56,587 nt of DNA, taken from positions 1 through 56,587 of IMG/VR virus record IMGVR_UViG_3300032092_000034; one strand, 5' to 3'. The notes beneath the pieces were generated by a model, which ran no database searches, was not told where the DNA came from, and was given only the letters and a program-made list of their open reading frames with translations. The position numbers and the translations under genes are program-made. This DNA comes from a virus (lineage: Duplodnaviria; Caudoviricetes). Shown piece after piece: positions 8,276 to 17,675 of the stretch (position 1 is its first letter; every line of letters begins with the position of its first letter).

Positions 8276-8345
8276 CTCCATGCGTTGTAGCGTATCAATC
8301 TGCATGAGGTCAGCCGAGCCTGTTTGATACGCCGATGAGTCTCGG
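8276..8345 (-). ncRNA. structured 5' leader (double pseudoknot) pairing with the SD of gene 7746-8267
   Basis: Minus-strand pairings CCGAG/CUCGG, GGCGUAUCAA/UUGAUACGCU, CUG/CAG, CUCAUGC/GCAUGGAG. Confidence 0.55.
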
Positions 8346-8354
8346 GGTGGTTGC

Positions 8355-8382
8355 AATATACACGATCTATGTAGAATGTCAA
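8355..8382 (-). promoter_or_regulatory. sigma70-like promoter
   Basis: TTGACA-16 nt-TATATT on minus strand, just upstream of the structured leader. Confidence 0.6.
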
Positions 8383-8383
8383 C

Positions 8384-8755
8384 ATGCCGTACAAAGACCA
8401 AACCAAAAGAAAAGAAAAACAACAGGAATATTCCAAAAAATACTACGCTGACAATACGCAAAAGGTCAAAGACACCACTAGAAAAACAGACGCCACCTTC
8501 AAGAAAAAATGGAAGGAATTTAAGGCCACTCTGTCATGTCTTGAATGTGAGGTTAGCCATCCGGCGGTTTTAGATTTTCACCACATAGACCCGGAAATGA
8601 AGAACGCCAGCGTTCATACACTTGTAAAGGCTAAAAGTTACAGAAAAGCACTGGAAGAAGTGCAGCAGTGCGTAGTGTTGTGTTCAAACTGCCACAGGGT
8701 TCACCACTATAACGAACACCAAGCCAAAAAAATGGGGGCCAAAGCCCCCACTTAA
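8384..8755 (+). CDS. HNH endonuclease
   Basis: CLEC...LDFHHIDP...CVVLCSNCHRVHH zinc-binding HNH motif; antisense to the late operon. Confidence 0.85.
   Translation: MPYKDQTKRKEKQQEYSKKYYADNTQKVKDTTRKTDATFKKKWKEFKATLSCLECEVSHPAVLDFHHIDPEMKNASVHTLVKAKSYRKALEEVQQCVVLCSNCHRVHHYNEHQAKKMGAKAPT
8726..8751 (-). terminator. intrinsic terminator after acidic gene
   Basis: GTGGGGGC-TTTG-GCCCCCAT-TTTTTT on minus strand. Confidence 0.75.
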
Positions 8756-9115
8756 TCACTCTTGTACAGTTTCTTGTACAACTTCTTCAACTTCCTCTTC
8801 AACGTACTCAACCCAGTCATCAGACTCTTCGTCGTACACATACCATGTGTCGAGTTCTTCGTCGTACCAATACCAAGCGTCGGTCTCTTCGTCGTAAACG
8901 TACTCTTCGTCTTCGTCAAACTCAACGCCTGCGTCGTCAAATTGGTTGAGAAGAAACTCGTCGGTAACGTCATAGTCGACAGCCCAGCCGTATTCTTTTT
9001 GAAACTCGATGAATTCTTGAATGATCTGCACTTTTTCAAAGTCGCTGGTCTCGATGGTCACAACTTCGTCGTCCAAAAAATCCCAATCGCCAATTTTAAT
9101 TTCTACTTTGTACAT
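8756..9115 (-). CDS. highly acidic protein with aromatic-acidic repeats
   Basis: 119 aa; YVYDEETDAWYWYDEELDTWYVYDEESDDW; AAGGAG RBS. Confidence 0.8.
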   Translation of the reverse strand: MYKVEIKIGDWDFLDDEVVTIETSDFEKVQIIQEFIEFQKEYGWAVDYDVTDEFLLNQFDDAGVEFDEDEEYVYDEETDAWYWYDEELDTWYVYDEESDDWVEYVEEEVEEVVQETVQE

Positions 9116-9157
9116 GAAAAACTCCTTTAATTTGGTGCAGCCCTATGCCGCAAAACA

Positions 9158-9186
9158 ATCCTACGGAGCTTCTATGACTATTGCAA
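9158..9186 (-). promoter_or_regulatory. sigma70-like promoter of acidic gene
   Basis: TTGCAA-17 nt-TAGGAT on minus strand. Confidence 0.55.
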
Positions 9187-9194
9187 GGCTAATG

Positions 9195-9219
9195 AAAAAG
9201 GGCCCCTTTTGGGGGCCCT
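9195..9219 (-). terminator. intrinsic terminator after major capsid gene
   Basis: GGGCCCC-CAAAA-GGGGCCC-TTTTT on minus strand. Confidence 0.8.
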
Positions 9220-9244
9220 CATCTGGTTATTTAAAACCAAATTA

Positions 9245-10156
9245 TCATGCCGAACCGGGGGAACCGTACATTCCCAATGGATCAGACCAACCGAAGCTGT
9301 AACGCTCGCGGGCTTTGTAACGGACGTTGCCGGTATCAAAGTCACCGTCCATGCTGTTAGCAAGGGGTGAACGAACAAAGTGCTTCAGACCGTTAGGCAC
9401 ATCAGTAGTCAAATACCAGCCATTTGTGTCGGTCAGGTAATGGTTAATGGTGTAGCCTTCAGGGATAGAGCCGTTGTTCTTCAATGCGTTGATGTCGTTG
9501 TCGGTAGTGCCAACGCGGAGGTTGGTTTCCAACAGGCGGGTAGCCACGAACTGCAATGCAGGGGGAACAATCAGCTTCTTGGGCTTAGCGGCAATTAACA
9601 AACCACGCTCGTCTGTCCATGCAGCGATCTGAATAACAGCGTTTTCCAACGAAGTTTCATTCAAGTCAGCAGCAGTGGCGGGACGGTTGGAGTTAGTGCC
9701 ACCAGAAACCAAGGGGTGAGCAGTGCTAAACAAAGCAACGCCGTCGCCACCGGGATAAGCGGCAGAGAAACCGTTGTTCAGAGTAGCAGCAGCTTTAACC
9801 TGCTTGGTGTAAGCCATAGCACGAGCCAGACCTTTGGTGTAACGAGCAGACAAGCTGTCGTACAAGTTATCTTCAATCGCTTCTTCAGTGATCGAGAAAC
9901 CCAAAGCAATGGTTTCGTGGTTGTAGCGGGTAGTCCATGCCTCTTGTGCGTTGTCATAAGCGATGGCAGAACCTTCGTTTTTGACGGGTGCAGCTGAGAA
10001 GCCAGACAGTTTGGTCTCTTCCTCAAAAGAACGCTCTGAGGTTTCGGTTTCATAAATTTCTTTATGTTCTTCACCGTAACGAGCGTACTCCATACCAAAC
10101 AAAGCGTTCAGGCCGGGTAAGAGTTCTTTAAGCAGTTGTGCGCGTGAAATAGCCAT
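9245..10156 (-). CDS. major capsid protein
   Basis: 303 aa; MAISRAQLLKELLPGLNALFG, KLIVPPALQF, YKARERYSFGWSDP; position after scaffold; terminator follows. Confidence 0.9.
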   Translation of the reverse strand: MAISRAQLLKELLPGLNALFGMEYARYGEEHKEIYETETSERSFEEETKLSGFSAAPVKNEGSAIAYDNAQEAWTTRYNHETIALGFSITEEAIEDNLYDSLSARYTKGLARAMAYTKQVKAAATLNNGFSAAYPGGDGVALFSTAHPLVSGGTNSNRPATAADLNETSLENAVIQIAAWTDERGLLIAAKPKKLIVPPALQFVATRLLETNLRVGTTDNDINALKNNGSIPEGYTINHYLTDTNGWYLTTDVPNGLKHFVRSPLANSMDGDFDTGNVRYKARERYSFGWSDPLGMYGSPGSA

Positions 10157-10168
10157 TTAAGTAACTCC

Positions 10169-11002
10169 TTATGCGCCAGTGGCGGAATAGTAGCCATGCA
10201 GACCTTGGTTCAACTTAACCAAGACTTCAGGATACTGAGTGAAAATCACAGTCGATGTGTAAACACCAGAGTTCAATGTGAATGTGGCGGCTTGGTTCAG
10301 CACAACAGAAGTTGCGCCTGCTGCGGCTGCGGTATCAACAAAAGAACCTGTCTGTGCAATTTGACCGTTTGTGGTCAACACAGAAACGTCTGTACCAACT
10401 GGCAAGGCGAAAGGCAAAGCACTGACGGTCAAGGTAGTTGTACCTGTACTGTAAGTGGCTGTACCCAACGAAACTGCTGTGTCGGCAACGACACCAACCA
10501 TGCGCAAAGGCAAAGTAGTAGTGACGGGAGTATCCACAGGAGCCAAAACTGCGTTAGCAGAATTACCAGTGGCTGTGCTGCCAGTGTTGTTGATGGCTGA
10601 CAGGTTAGTGCCAATCATCGCCAAAGCGCCGGAAGCAATGGTAGTGCCAGAAGAACAAACAACAGCCTTGAACACAGCATCGGGATCGTCCAACACATAA
10701 GCTTGGCAATCACCGGCAGCGGTGCTTGCGGGCCAGTATTGGCTGAATTGCTTTTGCTTTGTTACGGGGCTAGTGAATGTGCAACCCAAGAAAATACCGG
10801 TAGTCTGGTTCAAACCAGTGCCAGTAGAAACTGAGGCGCGTGTGGCAAAGCCACGGGATAGAACAACAAAGTCACCATAGAAGATGTCGGTCGCATAACC
10901 GTACTGGATGGGGTACATGCGAGTAGAACCCGCAAATACTTGACCACCAATCAAGTTTTGTGCCAACAGCCCGTATGGAGCTGATACGACGGGATAAGCC
11001 AT
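10169..11002 (-). CDS. capsid-associated (cement/decoration) protein
   Basis: Between scaffold region and MCP; IFYGDFV, GIFLGC, AYVLDDPDAVF motifs. Confidence 0.65.
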   Translation of the reverse strand: MAYPVVSAPYGLLAQNLIGGQVFAGSTRMYPIQYGYATDIFYGDFVVLSRGFATRASVSTGTGLNQTTGIFLGCTFTSPVTKQKQFSQYWPASTAAGDCQAYVLDDPDAVFKAVVCSSGTTIASGALAMIGTNLSAINNTGSTATGNSANAVLAPVDTPVTTTLPLRMVGVVADTAVSLGTATYSTGTTTLTVSALPFALPVGTDVSVLTTNGQIAQTGSFVDTAAAAGATSVVLNQAATFTLNSGVYTSTVIFTQYPEVLVKLNQGLHGYYSATGA

Positions 11003-11023
11003 TTAAGACTCCTTTTAAAAAAT

Positions 11024-11503
11024 TTATGTACCTGTTCCAAATGTTACTTTGGACGATCTTTCCGCGAATTTTGACATTCGTGGGTCATTGTCTTTCATGT
11101 AGGTGTTGTCCACCGAATCCATTTGCGCTTTGTTTATCTTGGCAAAGTGAGCATCACGTTGTTGCATAAACTCGGCTGGGATACGGCAAAGTACTAACCC
11201 ACCAACTTCAACATTTCCTTTAAAGCGTCCGTCAACGGAAGCGTGCATCATGAGTTCTGGATAATCTTCTGCTTTGCAGGGTTCATATCCCTCACGTAAC
11301 TTAGAAGAGATGTTTGATGGATCACTATTACCCAGTACGCTAGTACGGATCCAACGATGTGTCCAACCGGGCCTATCGTCGGGTGAAGGTAAAGCCTCTG
11401 GCGCTTGCCATGATGTTGGTCGTCGTATCTCTTGGCGAGTGTCCAACGCACGATCTAGGCGATTTTGCGGTTTTCCAGCTTTATTGACTTCAGTGTTTTC
11501 CAT
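11024..11503 (-). CDS. conserved head-module hypothetical protein
   Basis: HRWIRTS...KLREGYEP...VGGLVLCRIP; position in head operon. Confidence 0.7.
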   Translation of the reverse strand: MENTEVNKAGKPQNRLDRALDTRQEIRRPTSWQAPEALPSPDDRPGWTHRWIRTSVLGNSDPSNISSKLREGYEPCKAEDYPELMMHASVDGRFKGNVEVGGLVLCRIPAEFMQQRDAHFAKINKAQMDSVDNTYMKDNDPRMSKFAERSSKVTFGTGT

Positions 11504-11506
11504 TTT

Positions 11507-12502
11507 TTATCCTTTTCTAAGTAAAGCAACCTGTTTAGCATATTCTTCGATGGGCACCCCAAGGCGACGCGCAGTGGCGGCTTCTGATGCTTTTAAACGA
11601 ATACGGCTAGGTGGAGTACTACGCGAGGCCGGAGCCACAGGCGAAGTATTTCTTGTTGCACGGCGTGGAGTATCTTCATATTCCTCTTCCGGTTCTGACG
11701 CCCTTTTCTTAGGAGGCGGATCGTCTTCCTCGTAGCTCTGGTCACTCTCAAAGTGCTCAGGAAATCTTTTGCGCATCGTTTTGTCGATGGTTTTGAAGTA
11801 CTCTTCAGTACCTACATAGTCCGCACCATACTCTTTCTGCAACTTTCTGTCAATACCCATTGCAGACATAGTCATTTCGTCGTCAATACCCCACCAGTCG
11901 CTGTTGCGCTCAACCCACTTTTTAGTGCGAGGTGGCATACGTGGAGCTTCTTCTGCCTCACGCGCGGGGGGCTGGTATTCTTTCTCCTCATTCTTAATTG
12001 GCCTCATGCCTTCAGCACGGTCAATCTTGAGGGTAGCTCTAGCAATCGCTTCTTGCGCTGCAACAATTGAGTCTGGATCAGCAGCTTCGTACGCTTTTTT
12101 GTACTTCTCTTTGGCGGCGTCTAACTCAATTTGAGCAGCGGATTTGGACTGCTCAATGTAAGCTTCGCTGCCTGTAGAGAGCTGTTGTTGTAAGCGTTTG
12201 TTTTCTGCAAACACCTGTTTGGCAAATTCCTCCGCAGCTTCACGTTCCCGCAGAGCTTGCTCTTTTGCGCGGCGTTCATCGTGATATCCACGGGTGAACT
12301 TCTTAATTCGTTTTTGGACCTTCTCGTCGTAGGATGCTAACTCTTCATCAGTTACTTCCTCAACAGGCTCCTTCATGGGCTTGCGACCACGATCTTCCTC
12401 TGGGGTGTCGTCTTCAATCTCAACTTCAAATTTCTCTTCAGCAGCTTTTTCTGCTTTCTCGTCGGGAAACTCGTAAGTCTCTTCAAACTTTGGTAACGGC
12501 AT
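11507..12502 (-). CDS. capsid scaffolding protein
   Basis: Acidic coiled coil with C-terminal ARRLGVPIEEYAKQ helix; between portal and MCP. Confidence 0.75.
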   Translation of the reverse strand: MPLPKFEETYEFPDEKAEKAAEEKFEVEIEDDTPEEDRGRKPMKEPVEEVTDEELASYDEKVQKRIKKFTRGYHDERRAKEQALREREAAEEFAKQVFAENKRLQQQLSTGSEAYIEQSKSAAQIELDAAKEKYKKAYEAADPDSIVAAQEAIARATLKIDRAEGMRPIKNEEKEYQPPAREAEEAPRMPPRTKKWVERNSDWWGIDDEMTMSAMGIDRKLQKEYGADYVGTEEYFKTIDKTMRKRFPEHFESDQSYEEDDPPPKKRASEPEEEYEDTPRRATRNTSPVAPASRSTPPSRIRLKASEAATARRLGVPIEEYAKQVALLRKG

Positions 12503-12512
12503 GATTTACTCC

Positions 12513-12923
12513 TTATGCTGCTCGTGTGATACCACGGGGATCTTCCACAACCGCTTCAACCGAATCATCATTGATGATGCGGAATTCACGACCATGAATC
12601 TTCAGGCGAGTGCCTGAATTGGGGCGGACGATGACAAAGTCACCTTCCTTGCATGACGGTCCACTAGGGAATCGGTCAGTGTCTTTATAGGCGTCGGGGC
12701 CAATCTTCACTACAAATAGCACTGGGGTCAGTACTTCTTCATAGTGCATAGATTGATTTGATTTAACAATACCAATTTCACTATCTGCAAACTCTTCCAT
12801 TGCTTCAGGAACAACGCACAGAAGGTGGAAAGTTTTAGGATCGGGCAACTGTTTCGCTTTATCTTCTGCACTCGTGTTAAGAATGCCAGATAAATCTACC
12901 GCAGCGACGTCAAATTCAGTCAT
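12513..12923 (-). CDS. groES: GroES-like co-chaperonin
   Basis: VVKIGPDAY...CKEGDFVIV...GTRLKIHGREFRIINDDSVEAVV; start taken as ATG 12923. Confidence 0.75.
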   Translation of the reverse strand: MTEFDVAAVDLSGILNTSAEDKAKQLPDPKTFHLLCVVPEAMEEFADSEIGIVKSNQSMHYEEVLTPVLFVVKIGPDAYKDTDRFPSGPSCKEGDFVIVRPNSGTRLKIHGREFRIINDDSVEAVVEDPRGITRAA

Positions 12924-13110
12924 CAGAATACTCCAGTTTTTTCGCAAGGTCTTTGACAAGTTGTTCTGCGTGAGTTAGACCCCGAATAACTCCGCAAACG
13001 TGCCGATACTCGGCGAAATCCTTAGCACCACCACCGTTTAAAAAAACGGCCTGATCCTCGCGTAACTTGTCAATTTCTTTGAGTAAATATGCAAGTGCTT
13101 GTGAATTCAT
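12916..13110 (-). CDS. small conserved protein downstream of portal
   Basis: 64 aa; DFAEYRHVCGVIRGL. Confidence 0.75.
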   Translation of the reverse strand: MNSQALAYLLKEIDKLREDQAVFLNGGGAKDFAEYRHVCGVIRGLTHAEQLVKDLAKKLEYSDD

Positions 13111-15603
13111 TTACTGTCCTTTATTTGGTGGTTTGCCAGTGTTTTGCGCAGCTCTCTGCGCGGCTTGCTGTACGGCTAATTGAGCGCGATGTTTAGCAGC
13201 GTCAATCCCTAAACGCATTCCTTCAGTCTCTTGTTGTCTTGCTGCTTTATCTTTGTTTGCAGCTGCCTGTGCGCCGACCTGCATAGCAGCAATTTCTTTT
13301 TGAGCCGCGATACGCGCTTCTTCAATACGAATCTGATCTGCCTTTGCCGCAGCATCAATCTGTTGCTTCTGCTGTTTAAGCTGCAACTCGCCTTGTTTGA
13401 TCTGCAACTCCTGCATCTGCATCTGGACCAATGGGTCCTGCATCTGTTGTTGAGCCTGCTGCTGTTGAGCTTCTTGTTGGTTCTGCTGAAGAATCTGTTG
13501 AGCCGCTTGCGCTGCCATAACAGCAATTTGATCCGCCTGTTCAGGAGTGATCTTCTTGTTATTTTCTTCACCGGGCAACGACATGCCCATACGCATCTCG
13601 ATTTGTTTACGGTACTCAAGCGCCATATGCTCGTTGATGTGAGCCATAGCCGCCGCCATAATCACCTGCGCCTGTGGATTCATCTGCATCATCTGCTGAA
13701 TCTTGGGATCTTGAATCGCTGCCATATGCACTTGGATGTGAGCTTGATGGTTCTGCTCGATGAACGCCTTGACGGGCTTCATAGTCAACAAGTCTTGGTT
13801 CTCTTGCACTGGGTCTGTTGGCACTTCATCATCTTCAGTCTTGACTAACTTGTCTGCGTTCTTAACGCCAAGCACTTCAATCATCTGACGGTGCAATAGA
13901 GACATGTCATACAACTGCGGAGCTTGTTGAGCCAACTGCATAACAGCTTGGTACTGCACAATTTTTTGTGCCATTGTTGCCGCGTTTGGATCACTGACAG
14001 GGATAACTTCTGTGCTGTCGTAATCCGATTTCTTGGCTTTACGGCCTGCGTCTACAGGCTCATAGTCGTACTCCTCGGGCGTATAGTCAGCGATGATGAT
14101 TTTCAAAAGTTTGAACTCTTGTTTCATCGTGAAGTGAATACGAGCTTGAACTGCCCCCATCACTTTTAACTGTCGCTCTAACAACGCAAGCGTTGTACCG
14201 ACTGGAGCCTGCGCGCTCATATCCGACACATTCATATCACCACTTGATGCGAATGCGCGGCCTTCTTCTACTATGTTCTGGAAAAGGGCAAACAGGACCT
14301 GACTTGGCTCCTTGTATGGAAGTGGTAATATGTTGTCACGGATGCTTCCTGAAGGCACATCTACGTCTCTAAATTCTCCGGGTTGGATTGGGGTGTCGTC
14401 TCCCTTAATGCGTAAGCCGCGAGATTTAAGACCTCCGGGTAAGTTAGACAGCGTGCCAGCATCAACGAGCTGTCGGATGAGCATCGTAGCCGATTTCGCA
14501 TATCCCCCGATAAGGTGGATAAGACCGTAACCATAGAAGCCAAAACCGGGGATGTACTGGTAGTGGACAAAGTGCTGTCGTTTGTTGTGAAGTTCGTCGT
14601 CTTCATACCAATTTCTCCTAATAGCTAAAACTTTGTTTGTGCTTTTTTCTACGGTGACTACGTATGGCAGTGCTATCCCAGTGGGTTTACCTTTTTTGTC
14701 TTTATGTTCAAACCCAGCCAAGTCCAAGTCAACGTGCATCTCCAACAGCCGGAAACGGTCGTCGTTAATAGCTGACATGCCCTGCTCTTCAGCTTTCTGC
14801 TTCTCAATATCATCCAACTCATGTGTTGGCTCGCCTAAGTCCACGTCGATGTAAAACCCAGCTTCTTGTAACTTCTTAATCTCGTTCTCGGTCTTACGCA
14901 TGACGTGTGTTACGCGTTCTGCCGTCTCCAAATTACTTGCCCCATACGGCACAACAATGTCTTCTGCTGGAATAAACACCGCGACCTGACGGCCCTTGCT
15001 CGGGTCATAGTAGACTTTCTTAAACGCTGAACCTGCAAGAGGCAATGACCACAAGAGCTTTTCATGCTCAGGACGATACTCAGTCATCACTTCGGTCAAC
15101 TGATAGTTCATATCATCTTGTACACGTATGGCAGCTTCTTCTGTATCGCGTGTCTCTTCACCAATAATTTTTGTCTTGACTGGACCCATTGCTGGGAACG
15201 TTTCCATAATCCCTTCTGCTTGAAAGCGTACAACGCTCTCTGTCAACATAGGGTGGAATACACCACAAGCGCCCTGCCAAGGTTCTGTTCTATCTTCGTA
15301 ATTCAAACCCAGCAACTTCAGACCATCAACATAAGTTTTGATCCAATCCTTGCGGTCCATTATGTCTTTGCCAAAGTCTTCAACTAATTCTGACCCAAGC
15401 GAATCTAAGTCGCCCTCGTCCATGTATTCGGCGAGATTGGCATCAAAGTCTTCTGCTGTTTCTTTGCGGGGCTTTAAATCAATCTCAATGTCGCCAAGGC
15501 CAATATTGACTGACTCAGGATCTTCAATTTCGATCTCAATAGGAGCATCCATTTCTTGTTCCATACCAAGAGGGGCTGCGTACAAACCTTTTTCTATTGC
15601 CAT
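13111..15603 (-). CDS. portal protein
   Basis: 830 aa after terL; LPLAGSAFKKVYYD, GFYGYGLIHLIG, Gln-rich C-terminal barrel as in P22-like portals. Confidence 0.9.
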   Translation of the reverse strand: MAIEKGLYAAPLGMEQEMDAPIEIEIEDPESVNIGLGDIEIDLKPRKETAEDFDANLAEYMDEGDLDSLGSELVEDFGKDIMDRKDWIKTYVDGLKLLGLNYEDRTEPWQGACGVFHPMLTESVVRFQAEGIMETFPAMGPVKTKIIGEETRDTEEAAIRVQDDMNYQLTEVMTEYRPEHEKLLWSLPLAGSAFKKVYYDPSKGRQVAVFIPAEDIVVPYGASNLETAERVTHVMRKTENEIKKLQEAGFYIDVDLGEPTHELDDIEKQKAEEQGMSAINDDRFRLLEMHVDLDLAGFEHKDKKGKPTGIALPYVVTVEKSTNKVLAIRRNWYEDDELHNKRQHFVHYQYIPGFGFYGYGLIHLIGGYAKSATMLIRQLVDAGTLSNLPGGLKSRGLRIKGDDTPIQPGEFRDVDVPSGSIRDNILPLPYKEPSQVLFALFQNIVEEGRAFASSGDMNVSDMSAQAPVGTTLALLERQLKVMGAVQARIHFTMKQEFKLLKIIIADYTPEEYDYEPVDAGRKAKKSDYDSTEVIPVSDPNAATMAQKIVQYQAVMQLAQQAPQLYDMSLLHRQMIEVLGVKNADKLVKTEDDEVPTDPVQENQDLLTMKPVKAFIEQNHQAHIQVHMAAIQDPKIQQMMQMNPQAQVIMAAAMAHINEHMALEYRKQIEMRMGMSLPGEENNKKITPEQADQIAVMAAQAAQQILQQNQQEAQQQQAQQQMQDPLVQMQMQELQIKQGELQLKQQKQQIDAAAKADQIRIEEARIAAQKEIAAMQVGAQAAANKDKAARQQETEGMRLGIDAAKHRAQLAVQQAAQRAAQNTGKPPNKGQ

Positions 15604-15612
15604 GATGTGTCC

Positions 15613-17130
15613 TTACACAGTGTAGTACCGCTCTGCGCGGCGACTTTTAAAATATTGAATTTCATCAGGTTCATCGCTTGGTAACCTAATAAAACCCCCC
15701 TGACGAAAGCGTGCTAGAGCTTGTGTGGTTGAGTCAACCAAGTCATCGTTTGTACCGCTTGGAAAGTCGTTACATTCTTCAATCACTTCTCTTGCCCATC
15801 TGCGGTCCGGTGCCCATACCATCCCTGAAGAGAACAAATCAGAGACAGCATTTACACGAGAGATCTTATCCTGTCCTTTACCCGGAGTAAACTCTCCTAC
15901 AGGCACGCCCATACGCCTAAACTCTTGGTACAGCGCCGCGCCGTTAGACTTCTTCTCCACTACAAAAGCGTCCGGCTCCCAATCCTTGTACTCCTCCAGC
16001 ACCATCTTTTTAAGGTCCGGAAACTCCATACGTTTCTTTATGGCGTTGAGCAAAATTATGTTGTAGTTCTTAGACTCTTCGTTGAAGAAGACACCCCATG
16101 TGGTCAGGGCGTTGTAGTCAGACCTGTTGTTTGTCTCTTGGGCAGCGTCCAAGCTCATGATGATGAACTCGCAGTTGGGAGGCGGTTTGTCCTGATCCCA
16201 TATCTGCCACCACTCCCTCTTTATCAGTGCGCCTTCTTCTGATACGGGGTTCTGCATATACTGGGCTTCCCAGTAACGCACGTCCATACCAGCCTTTTTG
16301 GACAGTAATTCCTCAATAGTCCAGAACTCACCCCACAAGGGTTTCTCGTTCAAAATGGCAGGAAATTCAACAATCTCCCAGTCATCTACGCCCTCTTCTC
16401 GGGCCATCTGGCTAACTATCTGACCAGTCAAATCCAGCTTGGACCAACGAGTCATCACAATGATGATTGCACCGCCAGGCATAAGACGCTGGAGAGGACC
16501 AGATTGAAACCACTCCCAAGCAGGAAGAAAGACATCGGGTCGTCCAGTTTTAGCTTCTTGCTCAGAATGAGGATCATCAATAATAAATAGATCAGCGCCG
16601 CGACCTGCCAAAGCACCGCCAACACCAATAGCAAAGTATTCGCCATTTGAATTTGTCCCCCACCTTGATGCAGATTTGCTGTCTGATTGCAGCTCTACGT
16701 CCGCAAAAATGTCTTTATAGTTATCTGAACCCACAAGATTACGAACGCGGCGACCAAAATTAACAGCCAAATCTGCTGTGTGAGACGCCATAATGACCTT
16801 CTTATGGGGGAATTTGCCCAAAAACCATGCTGGCGCAAGATAGGAAATGAGTTCAGACTTGCCATGTCGAGGCGCAATATTAACGATGACACGCTTTTTC
16901 TTTCCGTTGGCGATGTCTTCAAAGATTTTAGCGAGCCTACGATGATGCGGACCAACTTTATAGCCCGGGTATACATGATCTGCGAACTCCAAAAGTGATT
17001 CTTTGCCCAAATTCTGCACGGATTGGGCATCCCATACCTTAATTAGCTCAAGAATCTTGCGTTTTTCATCATTTGACGCTGTCGGCAACAGGTTTTTTAG
17101 GGTTTCGATCTGTTCTCGTGTAACTTTCAC
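15613..17130 (-). CDS. terL: terminase large subunit
   Basis: Walker A APRHGKS, Walker B IIDDP, coupling motif MTRW, nuclease DDLVDS. Confidence 0.95.
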   Translation of the reverse strand: MKVTREQIETLKNLLPTASNDEKRKILELIKVWDAQSVQNLGKESLLEFADHVYPGYKVGPHHRRLAKIFEDIANGKKKRVIVNIAPRHGKSELISYLAPAWFLGKFPHKKVIMASHTADLAVNFGRRVRNLVGSDNYKDIFADVELQSDSKSASRWGTNSNGEYFAIGVGGALAGRGADLFIIDDPHSEQEAKTGRPDVFLPAWEWFQSGPLQRLMPGGAIIIVMTRWSKLDLTGQIVSQMAREEGVDDWEIVEFPAILNEKPLWGEFWTIEELLSKKAGMDVRYWEAQYMQNPVSEEGALIKREWWQIWDQDKPPPNCEFIIMSLDAAQETNNRSDYNALTTWGVFFNEESKNYNIILLNAIKKRMEFPDLKKMVLEEYKDWEPDAFVVEKKSNGAALYQEFRRMGVPVGEFTPGKGQDKISRVNAVSDLFSSGMVWAPDRRWAREVIEECNDFPSGTNDDLVDSTTQALARFRQGGFIRLPSDEPDEIQYFKSRRAERYYTV

Positions 17131-17675
17131 CGTACAACCTCTACCATCTGTACGTCAACAGTGCGTTTTTCCAATTTGGCAAGGGTTTCAAGCAGTTCTT
17201 TCTCAACTTCTTCGATAGATTGCTGTTTGTGCGTGACTTCAGAGCGTTTCTTGAAGGCGTCTACCCCGTCTACTTCCCCTAAAGCACGAAGGGCAGTGAG
17301 TCGAATCTTGGCATCTGGATGATCCGTCTCTGCAACCAGCTTGTTGACCACAAATTTCTTCAAGTCAGCCAGCTCTTTCACGACCATAGTGTCATGCTGC
17401 GCCACCATTCCTGCAAGATAAGCTATCGTTGCGTTTGGATAGGTAGATAAAGTGGGTACTTGCTTTTGATCGCCCATCATGCTCTGGGCAATCTCGACCG
17501 CCTGCTGGCGTTCTTCATCATTTGGCTCAATTGGCGTGTCTGTCAGGTCTGCTATGAGCTTAACAGTCCTTGCACGCATTTCCAGTTCTTCACGCGGAGA
17601 CAGCTCGGGCATAGCGTCAACGGCAGACGCCGGGAGCGGAACATGAGAGTCTATTTCTGGAATTAAATCTTGCAT
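17127..17675 (-). CDS. putative terminase small subunit
   Basis: Helical 182 aa directly upstream of and overlapping terL; RLTALRALGE motif. Confidence 0.65.
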   Translation of the reverse strand: MQDLIPEIDSHVPLPASAVDAMPELSPREELEMRARTVKLIADLTDTPIEPNDEERQQAVEIAQSMMGDQKQVPTLSTYPNATIAYLAGMVAQHDTMVVKELADLKKFVVNKLVAETDHPDAKIRLTALRALGEVDGVDAFKKRSEVTHKQQSIEEVEKELLETLAKLEKRTVDVQMVEVVR

